Shown here in pieces: positions 1 to 11,969 of a DNA stretch of 64,000 nucleotides (position 1 is its first letter; each line of letters opens with the position of its first letter). The notes beneath the pieces are model-generated. The model made no database searches. It had not been told where the DNA came from and saw only the letters and a list, made by a program, of their open reading frames with translations. The translations under genes were made by a program, and so were the position numbers. The stretch is taken from NCBI GenBank assembly GCA_934254925.1, contig CAKQMD010000003.1:17727-81726 (forward strand). The letters run 5' to 3'. Source of the stretch: an uncultured Alphaproteobacteria bacterium. Its GTDB lineage: Bacteria > Pseudomonadota > Alphaproteobacteria > RF32 > CAG-239.

Positions 1-608
1 TTGTTGTACGCGGCTTCGACGCGATCCCAGCGCTTGTCACGGTCCATAGCGTAAAAGCGGCCGGCGATGGTGGCGATTTTAACGTTTTTGCAGTCTTTTA
101 CCGCCGCTTCAAACTCTTGCAGATATCCGGCGGCCGAAGTCGGCGGCGTGTCCCGTCCGTCAAGGAAGGCATGCACCCAAACCCGAATGCCTTTGTCGTT
201 GAGAAGCTTGGCCAAAGCGACGATATGCTCTTGCGAAGAATGCACGCCGCCCGGAGACATCAAGCCCATCAAATGGCAAGCTTTGCCGTTTTTCTTCAAA
301 ATCTCGATTAATTCTGTTAAAACCGGATTTTGTTGGATGGATCCGTCTTTGATCGCCTGGTCGATGCGCGGCAGATCCTGCATCACCACGCGGCCGGCGC
401 CGATGTTCATGTGTCCGACTTCCGAGTTACCCATTTGCCCTTCCGGGAGCCCCACTGCCAAGCCGTAGGTTTCGATCAAAGAATGCGGATTTTCTTGATA
501 CATCCGGTGCCAATTGGGCGTATGTCCCATTTCAATGGCGTTGTCTTTTTTCTCGGCCCGATAACCCCAGCCGTCCAGAATCATCAACAGTAACGGTTTT
601 TGTCTCAT
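1..608 (-). CDS. gpmI: 2,3-bisphosphoglycerate-independent phosphoglycerate mutase, N-terminal part (gene runs off left edge)
   Basis: My reverse-strand translation from ATG at 608..606 reads MRQKPLLLMILDGWGYRAEKKDNAIEMGHTPNWHRMYQENPHSLIETYGLAVGLPEGQMGNSEVGHMNIGAGRVV... This is the canonical iPGM N-terminus (DGWG, GNSEVGH). It is absent from the ORF track because there is no stop inside the window. The + strand ORFs 67..593 are its shadows. Confidence 0.9.
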   Translation of the reverse strand, partial: MRQKPLLLMILDGWGYRAEKKDNAIEMGHTPNWHRMYQENPHSLIETYGLAVGLPEGQMGNSEVGHMNIGAGRVVMQDLPRIDQAIKDGSIQQNPVLTELIEILKKNGKACHLMGLMSPGGVHSSQEHIVALAKLLNDKGIRVWVHAFLDGRDTPPTSAAGYLQEFEAAVKDCKNVKIATIAGRFYAMDRDKRWDRVEAAYN

Positions 609-703
609 CTTTTTTCCTCTTTCTTAAAAAATTTTTGTTGTCGTAATTATATATAATAAAAGATTTTAGAAAAGCACTAATTTTGCCTTTTGCGGTCTAA
701 TTT

Positions 704-2533
704 TTATTCTTGTGCTGCCAGCATGATTTTTTTCCAAATTTCTGCCGGCAGATTTGCTCCCGAAACGCCTTTCATCGGCGAATTGTTGTCGTTGCCGAGC
801 CAAACGACGACGGTATAAGCGTCGGAATAACCGGCGAACCAGGCGTCGCGGTTGTCTTGGGACGTTCCGGTCTTTCCCGCGGCAAAGAAGGGCAAACGCG
901 CTTTTTTTCCTGTTCCGTCGCTAATGACTTTTTCCAGCATTTTGCTCAAAGTTTCAATGTCTTCTTCTGCCACCGCCTGATTGTCGTAGTCGATTCCCCG
1001 TTGATAGAGTTGATACCCGTCTCTGGTGTAAACTTCGCGAATGCCATATGGCCACACGACGCGTCCGCCGTTGGCGATTGTCGTATAAGCCGTGGCCAGG
1101 TCGATGATCTTGACTTCCGAACTGCCCAAAGCCAGGGCCGGAGAATTGTCCAAAGGCGTGGTGATGCCCATTTTTCGCGCATTGCTGATGATTTTTCCGC
1201 GCGAAATCTGCTCGGACAAGTTGATGGTCGCCAAATTGAGCGAATGGGTGAGGGCGTATTCCAACGTTACCTCGCCGTGATATTTTTTGTCGGCGTTGGC
1301 CGGTTTCCAGCCGTTGATCTCCAACGGTCCGTCAATAATCTTGTCGTTCGGGCGCCAACCCTGCTGCAGGGCGGTCAGATAGACAAAAGGCTTGAAGGCG
1401 GATCCCGGTTGCCGCAAAGCCTGGGTGGCGCGGTTAAACTGACTGTGTTGATAATCGATGCCGCCGACCATGGCCTTGACCGCGCCGGTCCTGTCCATAA
1501 CGATCACCGCCCCTTGGGTGACGTTTTTGTTTCTGTTGGCTTTGAGCGTTTCGCTCAAAATCCGGTAAGCAGCTTCCTGAATGTGTTGATCCAGAGTTGT
1601 CGCCACGTAAATGTCGTTGTCGCGTTCGCCGATATAGGCGTTGACTTCGTTATAAACCCAATCGGCAAAATAGTTGGCCTTCTCCACGCGGGAAGGTTTT
1701 TCTGGGCCGATTCTCATTTTCAGGGCTTTTTCTTTTTCGTCCTTGCTGATGCAGCGGTTGTCGACCATGTTTTGCAGCACGACTTTGGCCCTGGCCACGG
1801 CTCTTTCCTCCGAGGCCCGCGGATTGTAACGCGACGGCGCCTTCAACATGCCGGCGATGATAGCCGCTTCAAGCAAATTGAGGTCACGCGAAGATTTTTG
1901 AAAATATTTTTGACTGGCCGCTTCAATGCCGTAAGTGCCGGCGCCGAGATAAACTCTGTTCAGATAAAGCGTTAAGATCTGTTCTTTGCTGAATTTGTGC
2001 TCCAACCAAAACGCCAGCATCAATTCCTGGGTTTTACGCTTGAGGTTTTTGTTTGGTGTCAGAAACAAGTTTTTTGCCACCTGTTGGGTAATGGTACTGC
2101 CGCCCTGCACGTATCGTCCGGCAAACAAATTGGCCAACATGGCCCGCCCGAAGGAAATGGGATCAAAACCGAAATGGTCGTAAAAACGGCGGTCTTCGTT
2201 TGAGATGATCGCTTCCGTGACGTATTTGGGCATTTCATCTTGGTGTACAACTTCGGAATAGACGCTGCCGAAAGATTTTATTTCGTTGCCGTTTTCGGCA
2301 ATCAGCGTCGTTGACGGTTGGCGGGTACGGGCAACCGCTTCGTTGATGTCCGGCAGCGTTAAAGCGCAATAACCGAGATACATGAGCAAAGTTATCACCA
2401 GCAAGGCAAAAAAATTATAGATAAGGTGCCGATTCGCAACCCGTTGTTTTGACTCTTTTTTTCTGCTTCTTTTTGTTTTTTTCTTAGCTTTGGCCACGAT
2501 TTCCGTCCATTTGTTACTTGCCTCGAGTCGCAA
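704..2533 (-). CDS. class A penicillin-binding protein (bifunctional glycosyltransferase/transpeptidase, PBP1A-like)
   Basis: 609-aa ORF with a basic N-terminal tail and one TM helix. Glycosyltransferase motifs EDRRFYDHFGFD and GGSTITQQVAKN. Transpeptidase motifs SAFKP (SxxK), SLN (SxN) and KTGTS (KTG). Confidence 0.9.
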   Translation of the reverse strand: MRLEASNKWTEIVAKAKKKTKRSRKKESKQRVANRHLIYNFFALLVITLLMYLGYCALTLPDINEAVARTRQPSTTLIAENGNEIKSFGSVYSEVVHQDEMPKYVTEAIISNEDRRFYDHFGFDPISFGRAMLANLFAGRYVQGGSTITQQVAKNLFLTPNKNLKRKTQELMLAFWLEHKFSKEQILTLYLNRVYLGAGTYGIEAASQKYFQKSSRDLNLLEAAIIAGMLKAPSRYNPRASEERAVARAKVVLQNMVDNRCISKDEKEKALKMRIGPEKPSRVEKANYFADWVYNEVNAYIGERDNDIYVATTLDQHIQEAAYRILSETLKANRNKNVTQGAVIVMDRTGAVKAMVGGIDYQHSQFNRATQALRQPGSAFKPFVYLTALQQGWRPNDKIIDGPLEINGWKPANADKKYHGEVTLEYALTHSLNLATINLSEQISRGKIISNARKMGITTPLDNSPALALGSSEVKIIDLATAYTTIANGGRVVWPYGIREVYTRDGYQLYQRGIDYDNQAVAEEDIETLSKMLEKVISDGTGKKARLPFFAAGKTGTSQDNRDAWFAGYSDAYTVVVWLGNDNNSPMKGVSGANLPAEIWKKIMLAAQE

Positions 2534-2585
2534 GATGATTTATAACATTTTCATAATTTATCACCAATAAGTTAAGGAACATTTT

Positions 2586-2786
2586 ATGAGCCGGGTTTCG
2601 ATTGATCTTTCTGCAAAACTTCATCATCAGCTTGCCGAAATTGCCGACAGACGGGGAATCGGCATGGAAGAATGCCTGCTCAACGCTTTGAAGGCTTATG
2701 CCGAACAAGAGGCAGACGTTTATAAAACGGATCTTTGCGCCGTTGACAATTTGGAACGGGCATTTTTTCTTTCGGTCGCCGAATAA
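2586..2786 (+). CDS. small hypothetical protein, possibly ribbon-helix-helix fold
   Basis: 66-aa ORF. The N-terminus MSRVSIDLSAKLHHQLAEIADRRGIGMEECLLNAL has a beta-strand then helix-helix pattern typical of RHH/CopG-like proteins. No partner gene is present. Confidence 0.35.
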   Translation: MSRVSIDLSAKLHHQLAEIADRRGIGMEECLLNALKAYAEQEADVYKTDLCAVDNLERAFFLSVAE

Positions 2787-2789
2787 GGG

Positions 2790-3359
2790 TTAATCATTGA
2801 GGCCGCGCTGTCTTGCCGCGAAACCTCCGTTGTTAAGGCCGTCGCGATGTTGCTTTTCAAACAGGCGTCGCGGTTGTAGACGATAAAAGTTATTGTCCTT
2901 TGTCAAGCCGTTTTCAAACCAAAATCTTTCCGCACGAACGATTTCATAAGTTTTCATTTTGTTATTTTTGTAGATAATTTGCTGTGCGATGCGTTCTCTG
3001 CTAACGCTTTTGATGATTTTTTCAAAATCAAGTGCTGCCGGATTAACCAGAATATGTTTGCCGCGAACTTCTATGTTTTGCTGATAAAGTTCCAAGATGT
3101 CCTGCGGCCGACGGCAAGGATCCCGCAAGGCGTAACTGAAGAAAATGTCAATAAGATTTGCTTTAAATTCTTCGCGAACCATTACCGGGTAATTATGGCG
3201 GGTTGCCAAAGGAGATAGAGCCGTTTTGGCGATAACGTTGAGCTTGAGGTTTTTCAGCCAGCGGAACTGTTCGGCACAAAACGGCACATTCGACCAAATG
3301 CCTTCGTTGTTGGTCTTTTTGTACATAGCTTGCTTTACCTGTTCCAGTTCTGCCTTCAT
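2790..3359 (-). CDS. hypothetical protein (189 aa)
   Basis: Long ORF. I prefer the internal ATG at 3359 (MKAELEQVKQ...) because GGAGA lies 6-10 nt upstream. I recognise no motif. Confidence 0.5.
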   Translation of the reverse strand: MKAELEQVKQAMYKKTNNEGIWSNVPFCAEQFRWLKNLKLNVIAKTALSPLATRHNYPVMVREEFKANLIDIFFSYALRDPCRRPQDILELYQQNIEVRGKHILVNPAALDFEKIIKSVSRERIAQQIIYKNNKMKTYEIVRAERFWFENGLTKDNNFYRLQPRRLFEKQHRDGLNNGGFAARQRGLND

Positions 3360-3497
3360 CAGAGTGTCTCCGGCTGTTGAACTGAAGTGAATATAGCATA
3401 TTTTTTTGCCTCCGTCTATGTAAAAAAGCAAGATATTTCTTGGTCAAAAAGGTTTTTTTGTATATATTAAAAACAAATTGCAAAAAAGGAGGCCGCG

Positions 3498-6245
3498 ATG
3501 GCAAAAAAAGTGTGTTTGATAGACGGATCCGGATATATCTTTCGGGCGTTTTACGGCTTGCCGCCGCTGACGGCTCCCGACGGAACGCCGGTTAATGCCG
3601 TTTATGGCTTTACTAATATGTTTTTGAAGCTCACGTCAAAAATTCAATGCGACTATTGCCTGGTGCTGTTTGATGCCAAGCGTCAAAACTTTCGCAATGA
3701 CATTTTTCCCGATTACAAAGGCACACGCAAAGAGATTCCCGAAGACCTGATTCCGCAGTTCCCTATTATCCGCGAGGCGGTGGAAGCCCTAAACCTCAAT
3801 CATTTGGAGATGGAAGGTTATGAGGCCGATGACCTGATAGCTTCTTATGCGGCTTCGGCTGTGGCCGGTGGCATGGAAGTTGTGGTCGTTTCCGCAGATA
3901 AGGACCTGATGCAGCTGATTCGCCCCGGCGTTGAATATTATGACCCGATGAAAGACAAGTTTTTTACCCCTGAAGACGTCAGGGAAAAATTCGGCGTTTA
4001 TCCCGATCGGGTCGTGGACGTCCAGGCTTTGGCCGGCGATTCGACCGACAATATTCCCGGCGTTCCCGGAATCGGGCTTAAAACCGCCGCTCAATTGGTG
4101 GAGGAATATGGCTCCTTGGAAAGTGTTCTGACTCATGCGGCGGAGATCAAACAAAACAAGCGCCGCGAAGCGTTGTTGAACAACTTGGACCAGGCGCGGG
4201 TTTCCCTGCAATTGGTAACGTTGAAAGACGACGTCCCTCTGTCTCGGGAAATAACCGCCTTCGGCTGTGCCTGCCCCGAACACGAGAAGCTGATGTCCTT
4301 TGTCGACAAATACGCTTTTAACAATTTGCGTCCCAGACTTGAGAAATGGGAGATTGAACGGTGTTCAAACCTGACGGAAAGACGGACTGCGAACGCTGTA
4401 TTTAAAAATTATGAACTGGTAACCGACGAAGCGGGACTGAAAAGCTGGGTAAAACGCATTACCGAGGCGCGGGCCTTCGCCTTTGATACCGAAACCACAG
4501 GTTTTAATCCGGTTTTTGACAAGATCGTCGGTTTTTCTTTGGCCGTGGCTCCCGGTCAAGCCTGCTATGTGCCGCTGAATCATCGTTCGGCCGCTGCGCA
4601 TCCGGATTTGTTTGCCGCCGACCCGCAAGAAAAAATCCGCCAATTGGATCCTGCCGTGGTTGCCAAATGCCTCACACCGGTTTTTGCTTCCAAATCCATC
4701 TTAAAAATCGGTCATAACATCAAGTTTGATCTCCATTTTATGGGTCAAGTTTTGGGAAAAGACGTTCAAATTTTTCCTTTGGAAGACACTGCGATTCTTT
4801 CTTATGATCTGGACAGTTCCGAACACGGCCACAGCCTGGATGAGTTGGCAGCTTTGTTTTTGGATTATCAGACGATTCGTTATGAAGAAGTCTGCGGCAG
4901 CGGCAAAGACAAATGCACTTTTGATCTGGTGCCGTTGGACAAAGCCTTAGATTATGCGGCCGAGGATGCCGACATAACGCTGCGGCTCTATCAGCTGTTC
5001 AAACCACGGCTGCTCAGGGAGCGTCAGGTCGCCGTGTATGAAAATTTTGACCGGCCACTGATCTCCGTTCTTAAAAAGATGGAAGAAAGGGGCATTATGG
5101 TCAATGCGCCGGCTCTGGTCAGGCTAAGCGCGGATTTTGAAGGCCGCCTGCGTCAATATGAGGCGGAGATTTATCAGCTGGCCGGCGAAGAGTTCAACAT
5201 TGGTTCGCCCAAGCAAATCGGCGCGATTTTGTTTGACAAGCAAGGCATAAAAGGCAAAAAGACGCCGACCGGTGCCTGGCAGACCGGCGCGGACGTTTTG
5301 GAACAATTGGCCGAAGACGGCAACCTTTTGGCACAAAAAATCCTCGACTGGCGAGCGGTAAGCAAGCTAAAGTCCACCTACAGCGATTCCTTGATCGAAC
5401 TTCTGGACAAGGACAGCCGCGTTCATACCACCTTTTCGCAGATCGTAGCCAACACCGGACGCTTGGCGTCGTCTAACCCAAACTTGCAAAATATTCCCAT
5501 TCGAACGGAGGAAGGCAAAAAAATCCGCGAATGTTTTGTCGCAAAACCCGGGCATAAGCTGATTTCCTGTGATTACAGTCAAGTAGAGCTGCGCTTGCTG
5601 GCCAGTATTGCCGACGTTAAGGGACTCAAACAGGCTTTTGCCGAAGGGGTTGACATTCACCGCGCTACCGCCTCCAAGGTTTTTGGCGTACCTTATGATC
5701 AGGTGTCGTCGGATCTCCGCCGTCATGCCAAGGCGATTAATTTTGGCATTGTCTACGGCATCTCGCAATACGGCTTGGCCAAACAGATCGGCGTCAGCAG
5801 CGACGAGGCCAAGGCTTATATCGATGCTTATTTTCAACAAATGCCGGAAATCAAAGCCTATATGGAAGAAACCGTCGCCTTCGCCCGCAAACACGGCTAT
5901 GTTTTGACGCCGTTTGGGCGCAAATGTGCCATTGCCGGCATCAACGATAAAAACAAACGTATTGCCGCCAACGCCGAGAGGGCGGCGATCAATGCTCCGA
6001 TCCAAGGCGGCGCTGCCGACATCATCAAACTGGCGATGAATAAAATCGGCGGCGTTTTGCAAGAGGCAGGGCTGAAGGCCGAAATGCTGTTGCAGGTTCA
6101 TGACGAGTTGGTCTTTGAAGTTCCTGACGCTGAAGTCGAAGCCGCTTCGGCGCATATTAAACAAACTATGGAAACCATCGTCGATTATGAGGTTCCTCTG
6201 CTAGCGGAAGTCGGCGTCGGCGACAATTGGGCCGCTGCGCATTAA
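3498..6245 (+). CDS. polA: DNA polymerase I
   Basis: 915 aa. 5'-3' exonuclease N-terminus (LIDGSGYIFRAFY), 3'-5' exonuclease block (FAFDTETTG) and polymerase motifs (DYSQVELRLLA, RRHAKAINFGIVYG, QVHDELVFE). Confidence 0.97.
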   Translation: MAKKVCLIDGSGYIFRAFYGLPPLTAPDGTPVNAVYGFTNMFLKLTSKIQCDYCLVLFDAKRQNFRNDIFPDYKGTRKEIPEDLIPQFPIIREAVEALNLNHLEMEGYEADDLIASYAASAVAGGMEVVVVSADKDLMQLIRPGVEYYDPMKDKFFTPEDVREKFGVYPDRVVDVQALAGDSTDNIPGVPGIGLKTAAQLVEEYGSLESVLTHAAEIKQNKRREALLNNLDQARVSLQLVTLKDDVPLSREITAFGCACPEHEKLMSFVDKYAFNNLRPRLEKWEIERCSNLTERRTANAVFKNYELVTDEAGLKSWVKRITEARAFAFDTETTGFNPVFDKIVGFSLAVAPGQACYVPLNHRSAAAHPDLFAADPQEKIRQLDPAVVAKCLTPVFASKSILKIGHNIKFDLHFMGQVLGKDVQIFPLEDTAILSYDLDSSEHGHSLDELAALFLDYQTIRYEEVCGSGKDKCTFDLVPLDKALDYAAEDADITLRLYQLFKPRLLRERQVAVYENFDRPLISVLKKMEERGIMVNAPALVRLSADFEGRLRQYEAEIYQLAGEEFNIGSPKQIGAILFDKQGIKGKKTPTGAWQTGADVLEQLAEDGNLLAQKILDWRAVSKLKSTYSDSLIELLDKDSRVHTTFSQIVANTGRLASSNPNLQNIPIRTEEGKKIRECFVAKPGHKLISCDYSQVELRLLASIADVKGLKQAFAEGVDIHRATASKVFGVPYDQVSSDLRRHAKAINFGIVYGISQYGLAKQIGVSSDEAKAYIDAYFQQMPEIKAYMEETVAFARKHGYVLTPFGRKCAIAGINDKNKRIAANAERAAINAPIQGGAADIIKLAMNKIGGVLQEAGLKAEMLLQVHDELVFEVPDAEVEAASAHIKQTMETIVDYEVPLLAEVGVGDNWAAAH

Positions 6246-8111
6246 TTAAAGGCTCTGTCCGCCTTTGTTTTTCAGGCCGAGCAAAACCTCCCAGGCGGCA
6301 ACGTCTTTGTTTTGCAAGAACTTTGCTTCCAATTCATCGCGATACCGCTCTTCATAACGGGTTTGCGGCGCTTTGAAATACGTTAAGGCCGAGATTTCTG
6401 CCAAAAGGTTGCCGGACCAAAATTTCTTTTGTCTGTTTTCATAAAGTCGGTTGATTTCCGCTTTTTTGAACTCCTTTTCTTCCAAGGAGAGCGAAGAAGC
6501 CTCGATGGACTGCAGATAGGCGGCATGGCGTTTTTTGAGCTCGTCGCTTTGTGCCGTAATTTTGGGGTTTTGACGGCTTTGCGCCAGAATATAGGCGGCT
6601 TTGGGATCCGGTGCCGCGCGCAGCTGCCGGCAAAAGGCGTCAAACTCTGTTGGATCAAAGCTTTGTGCGCCGTAGGTCAAATCGGCAAATTTTAAGACTT
6701 CCGCAAACCACGGCTGTTGATAATCGCCGATTTGGTCGTGAAAAGTCCTTTTTTGCAAAAACTTTTTGCATATGTCGTCGGCCAGCAAAATCAATTTAAG
6801 GTCCGTCGTCGGAATGCCTCTTTTGCCGCTTTGCATGCTTTTCAGCAAATGAGCGTTGAATTGTTGCAAAAAGGCCGCAAGGTTTTCCGGCGTTTTTTCC
6901 GCGTCAAATGCCTCTAGAGCCTTTTTCAGCTTCGGCGGCGTTCCGCGGGGAATTTCCCGACCGACGGCGGTCATGTTTTGGTTGAGGCGCCGCAAAACAT
7001 CAATCACTTTTTCCCCGCTTGGCCGATCTTCCCAAACGGTTTCCCGGTCATAAACGCTGCGGTTTGTATACTCGGGATAAAAGTCCAAATCCGCCGCATC
7101 ATTGATGGTTTCCCGCAAAATGTCAGCCTTTTCGTCTCTCAGACGCTCAGGAGCGTTATAAAAGTCAACCATAGCCGCAATCACTTTTTCAACGTCGGGA
7201 ACTTCGCGGTGGATGGCGTCGCGCAGACCGATCAATCCCATGCCGTCGATTTCAATGCCATCACGGCGGTTTTGTTCGCGACGCTGCATGTCGACGGCCG
7301 GCAATTCTTTGGACAACAAGGCCAGTTCGCACAGGTTTTCCGGGGTATAAGGATTGGACATCCGCTTCATTTCAAAACCGAAAAGACCGTAATATCCGGT
7401 TTTAATTTCATGATCACCGGCCAATTGCTCAATTTCAAAATTGTCTGCAGCCACGGCCGGAATCACCTTTTCTCGGATTCCGGTGGTGTCTAATTGCTGT
7501 TCGTTTTCATACAAGACGATCAGGGCTTTGCTGAACGCCGCCAGTTTTCCGCTGTCGGGAAATTCGCGGATTGCCGCGGTCATAATCGGCAAACGTAAGG
7601 GGAGGGACGCCGGCGTTGCGGCATAAATGTCCGCCAGCAATGAAAATTTTTCGGAAGGGCGCAATTGCGGTGTTGCCGTGACGGTGGTCAGATTTTTCTC
7701 GACGGCGGCAAGAAAAGCGGGGTCGGAAAGCAGGTCGGCCTTTTCTCCTTGTCGCATGGCATGGGCAAATCCGACCCGAAACAAGGCTTTTTCTTTATCG
7801 CTCAAATGCTGAAAATCGGGATTCTGAGCAAATTTTGCCGCTGTTTTCGCGGCCAAAGCCAGGTTTTTCGGTTCAAGACGGGCAATTTCGCAAAAACATT
7901 CGCGCCAGTAACCGAGTTGTCGGTTTTCTTCCAAAGAGCCGTCAAAAAGGCTTTTCAGTCCAAGGTGATGCGCCGTTTCGGCAAAGTCCCTCGTCATGGA
8001 AAACAAGTCGCTTTCTTTTCGCCGTGGGTGAATGGATCGGATCAGCATAACCGTTTTGGAAAATTGCGGAGATTGTAAAAATTTTTTGTAATCTTCTGTA
8101 AAAGGAGCCAT
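6246..8111 (-). CDS. hypothetical soluble protein (621 aa), orphan
   Basis: Uninterrupted 621-aa ORF with no signal peptide or TM helix and no motif I recognise. Its stop codon abuts the polA stop within the palindrome TTAATTAA. Confidence 0.65.
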   Translation of the reverse strand: MAPFTEDYKKFLQSPQFSKTVMLIRSIHPRRKESDLFSMTRDFAETAHHLGLKSLFDGSLEENRQLGYWRECFCEIARLEPKNLALAAKTAAKFAQNPDFQHLSDKEKALFRVGFAHAMRQGEKADLLSDPAFLAAVEKNLTTVTATPQLRPSEKFSLLADIYAATPASLPLRLPIMTAAIREFPDSGKLAAFSKALIVLYENEQQLDTTGIREKVIPAVAADNFEIEQLAGDHEIKTGYYGLFGFEMKRMSNPYTPENLCELALLSKELPAVDMQRREQNRRDGIEIDGMGLIGLRDAIHREVPDVEKVIAAMVDFYNAPERLRDEKADILRETINDAADLDFYPEYTNRSVYDRETVWEDRPSGEKVIDVLRRLNQNMTAVGREIPRGTPPKLKKALEAFDAEKTPENLAAFLQQFNAHLLKSMQSGKRGIPTTDLKLILLADDICKKFLQKRTFHDQIGDYQQPWFAEVLKFADLTYGAQSFDPTEFDAFCRQLRAAPDPKAAYILAQSRQNPKITAQSDELKKRHAAYLQSIEASSLSLEEKEFKKAEINRLYENRQKKFWSGNLLAEISALTYFKAPQTRYEERYRDELEAKFLQNKDVAAWEVLLGLKNKGGQSL

Positions 8112-8252
8112 TGCCGACCTCGTTTCGTTCTGTCTTTTTTCATTTTATCACAAAAAAGTTTTTTGTCTATAAATTATCCGGTTTTAAGCGAGAAACTATG
8201 CACAAAATTGGTGCAATTTTTGAATTATTGCTTGGTAAAAGAAAGATATTAG

Positions 8253-10748
<2,496 letters not shown>

Positions 10749-10761
10749 AAACAAAAAACTC

Positions 10762-10800
10762 AAAAACATCCCGAATTTTGTTCGGGATGTTTTTCTTTGC
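10762..10800 (+). terminator. rho-independent terminator downstream of gyrB
   Basis: Perfect 14-bp stem: AAAAACATCCCGAA (10762-10775), loop TTTTG, TTCGGGATGTTTTT (10781-10794). The stem runs into a T-rich tract. Confidence 0.8.
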
Positions 10801-10859
10801 CTTTTATTAACCGGTTTTATGATTAATTATAAGAGTGTTTTACAAAAAAACGGGAAACC

Positions 10860-11960
10860 TTGATGATGTTGAAAAGATTTTTTCTCGCCGGCTTTTTCTT
10901 TTTGGCGGCATCGCCGCTTTGGGCGGCGGATTGGAGTTACGACTACTCCGGAAACCTGCAGGGCTTTTATGGCTATGGCGACTTAAGCAACCGTTTTCAA
11001 ACCGGCCGCAGCCGCAATCATCAAAATGCCAAGGGAAACTTTTCCGTCAGTCTCAGCTATGATTCTGTTTTCAGCCTGAATATGGATTTGATGGCAGGAG
11101 TCAATCAGGAGCTTAAGGATTATAACCAAGGCGAATGGGGCGAAGAAATTTATGCCGTCGGCGATACAAAATACGGCCGTCTGATATTGGGACAAACCGC
11201 TAATATTGCCGAACAACTGAGTGTCGGCGCGCCGGACTTGGGCTTTAAAAACCGCGACATTGTCAATTTCATCCGCAATCCCAATTGGCAGCGCAACAAG
11301 GAGGGAACGCGTTTTGCCACGCTGAACGCCGCTTATGTCAATACTGACGGCGTTGCGACGAAAATCAGCTACATGACGCCGGAATTTTACAACACTTACG
11401 TCGGCTTTTCTTATGTGCCGGATATCTATAATCGCCGCGGTCTCGTCAGCCGTGAGGCGGATTATGAGCATGATGACGGCTATGTTGCCGGTCTGCAGCA
11501 TTATCGGGAGATCGGACCGGTAGAATTGACGTTCAGCTTGGGATACGCCTTATATCATCGCGATGATCAAGAGTTTTCGGGAGGCTTGAGTCTAAACTAC
11601 GGCAATTGGACGTTAGGCGGAGCATATCGCCGGACTTACGTCGACGGGACGGATTCCCCCCTTGCCGATTCCCGCGGACTTCCCGCATTTTTTGACGGCT
11701 ACCGCGAGGGCTATGCTTGGGACGTCGGCTTGGGGTATGAATTTGGTCCTTACAAAGCGGCGTTAAGCTATTTTGCCTCGCGAGCCGACAACCAACCCAA
11801 CAAGGACAACGTGGTGATGTTTTCCAACACATATCGCTACAACAAATGGCTTGAGTTTTATCTGATTGCCGCTCATGTTGACTTTAAGGGAGAAACTGCT
11901 AATCTGGAAGCTAATAACCAAGGCTATGCTTATGTCGCCGGGGTTAGCCTGGATTTTTAG
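10860..11960 (+). CDS. outer-membrane porin-like beta-barrel protein
   Basis: 366 aa. Signal peptide (MMMLKRFFLAGFFFLAASPLWA/AD), alternating aromatic/Gly-rich strands, and a C-terminal ...GVSLDF ending in Phe as in OMP beta-barrels. Confidence 0.6.
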   Translation: MMMLKRFFLAGFFFLAASPLWAADWSYDYSGNLQGFYGYGDLSNRFQTGRSRNHQNAKGNFSVSLSYDSVFSLNMDLMAGVNQELKDYNQGEWGEEIYAVGDTKYGRLILGQTANIAEQLSVGAPDLGFKNRDIVNFIRNPNWQRNKEGTRFATLNAAYVNTDGVATKISYMTPEFYNTYVGFSYVPDIYNRRGLVSREADYEHDDGYVAGLQHYREIGPVELTFSLGYALYHRDDQEFSGGLSLNYGNWTLGGAYRRTYVDGTDSPLADSRGLPAFFDGYREGYAWDVGLGYEFGPYKAALSYFASRADNQPNKDNVVMFSNTYRYNKWLEFYLIAAHVDFKGETANLEANNQGYAYVAGVSLDF

Positions 11961-11969
11961 GAAAAACGA

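Noticed and set aside
67-593. Three overlapping + strand ORFs at the left edge
   Set aside because: They are shadows of the minus-strand gpmI fragment, whose translation is a textbook iPGM N-terminus.
710-1975. 421-aa + strand ORF opposite the PBP gene. Similar long antisense ORFs occur at 9189-10769, 5367-6164, 18527-19504, 20366-20977, 28643-29332, 32825-33709 and 57659-58759.
   Set aside because: Each lies entirely within, and antisense to, a gene with unmistakable family motifs (PBP, GyrB, PolA, kinase, vWA, GspF, PilO-like, repeat protein). Their translations are R/G/V/F-rich with no recognisable domains.
2586-3359. RHH-like 66-aa ORF plus neighbour as a toxin-antitoxin pair
   Set aside because: The neighbour is convergent (opposite strand), 189 aa and has no toxin motif. 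No co-directional partner exists.
6238-6250. Palindrome TTAATTAA containing the stop codons of polA and the convergent 621-aa ORF
   Set aside because: It is a trivial consequence of two abutting TAA stops on opposite strands. There is no stem-loop or other structure around it.
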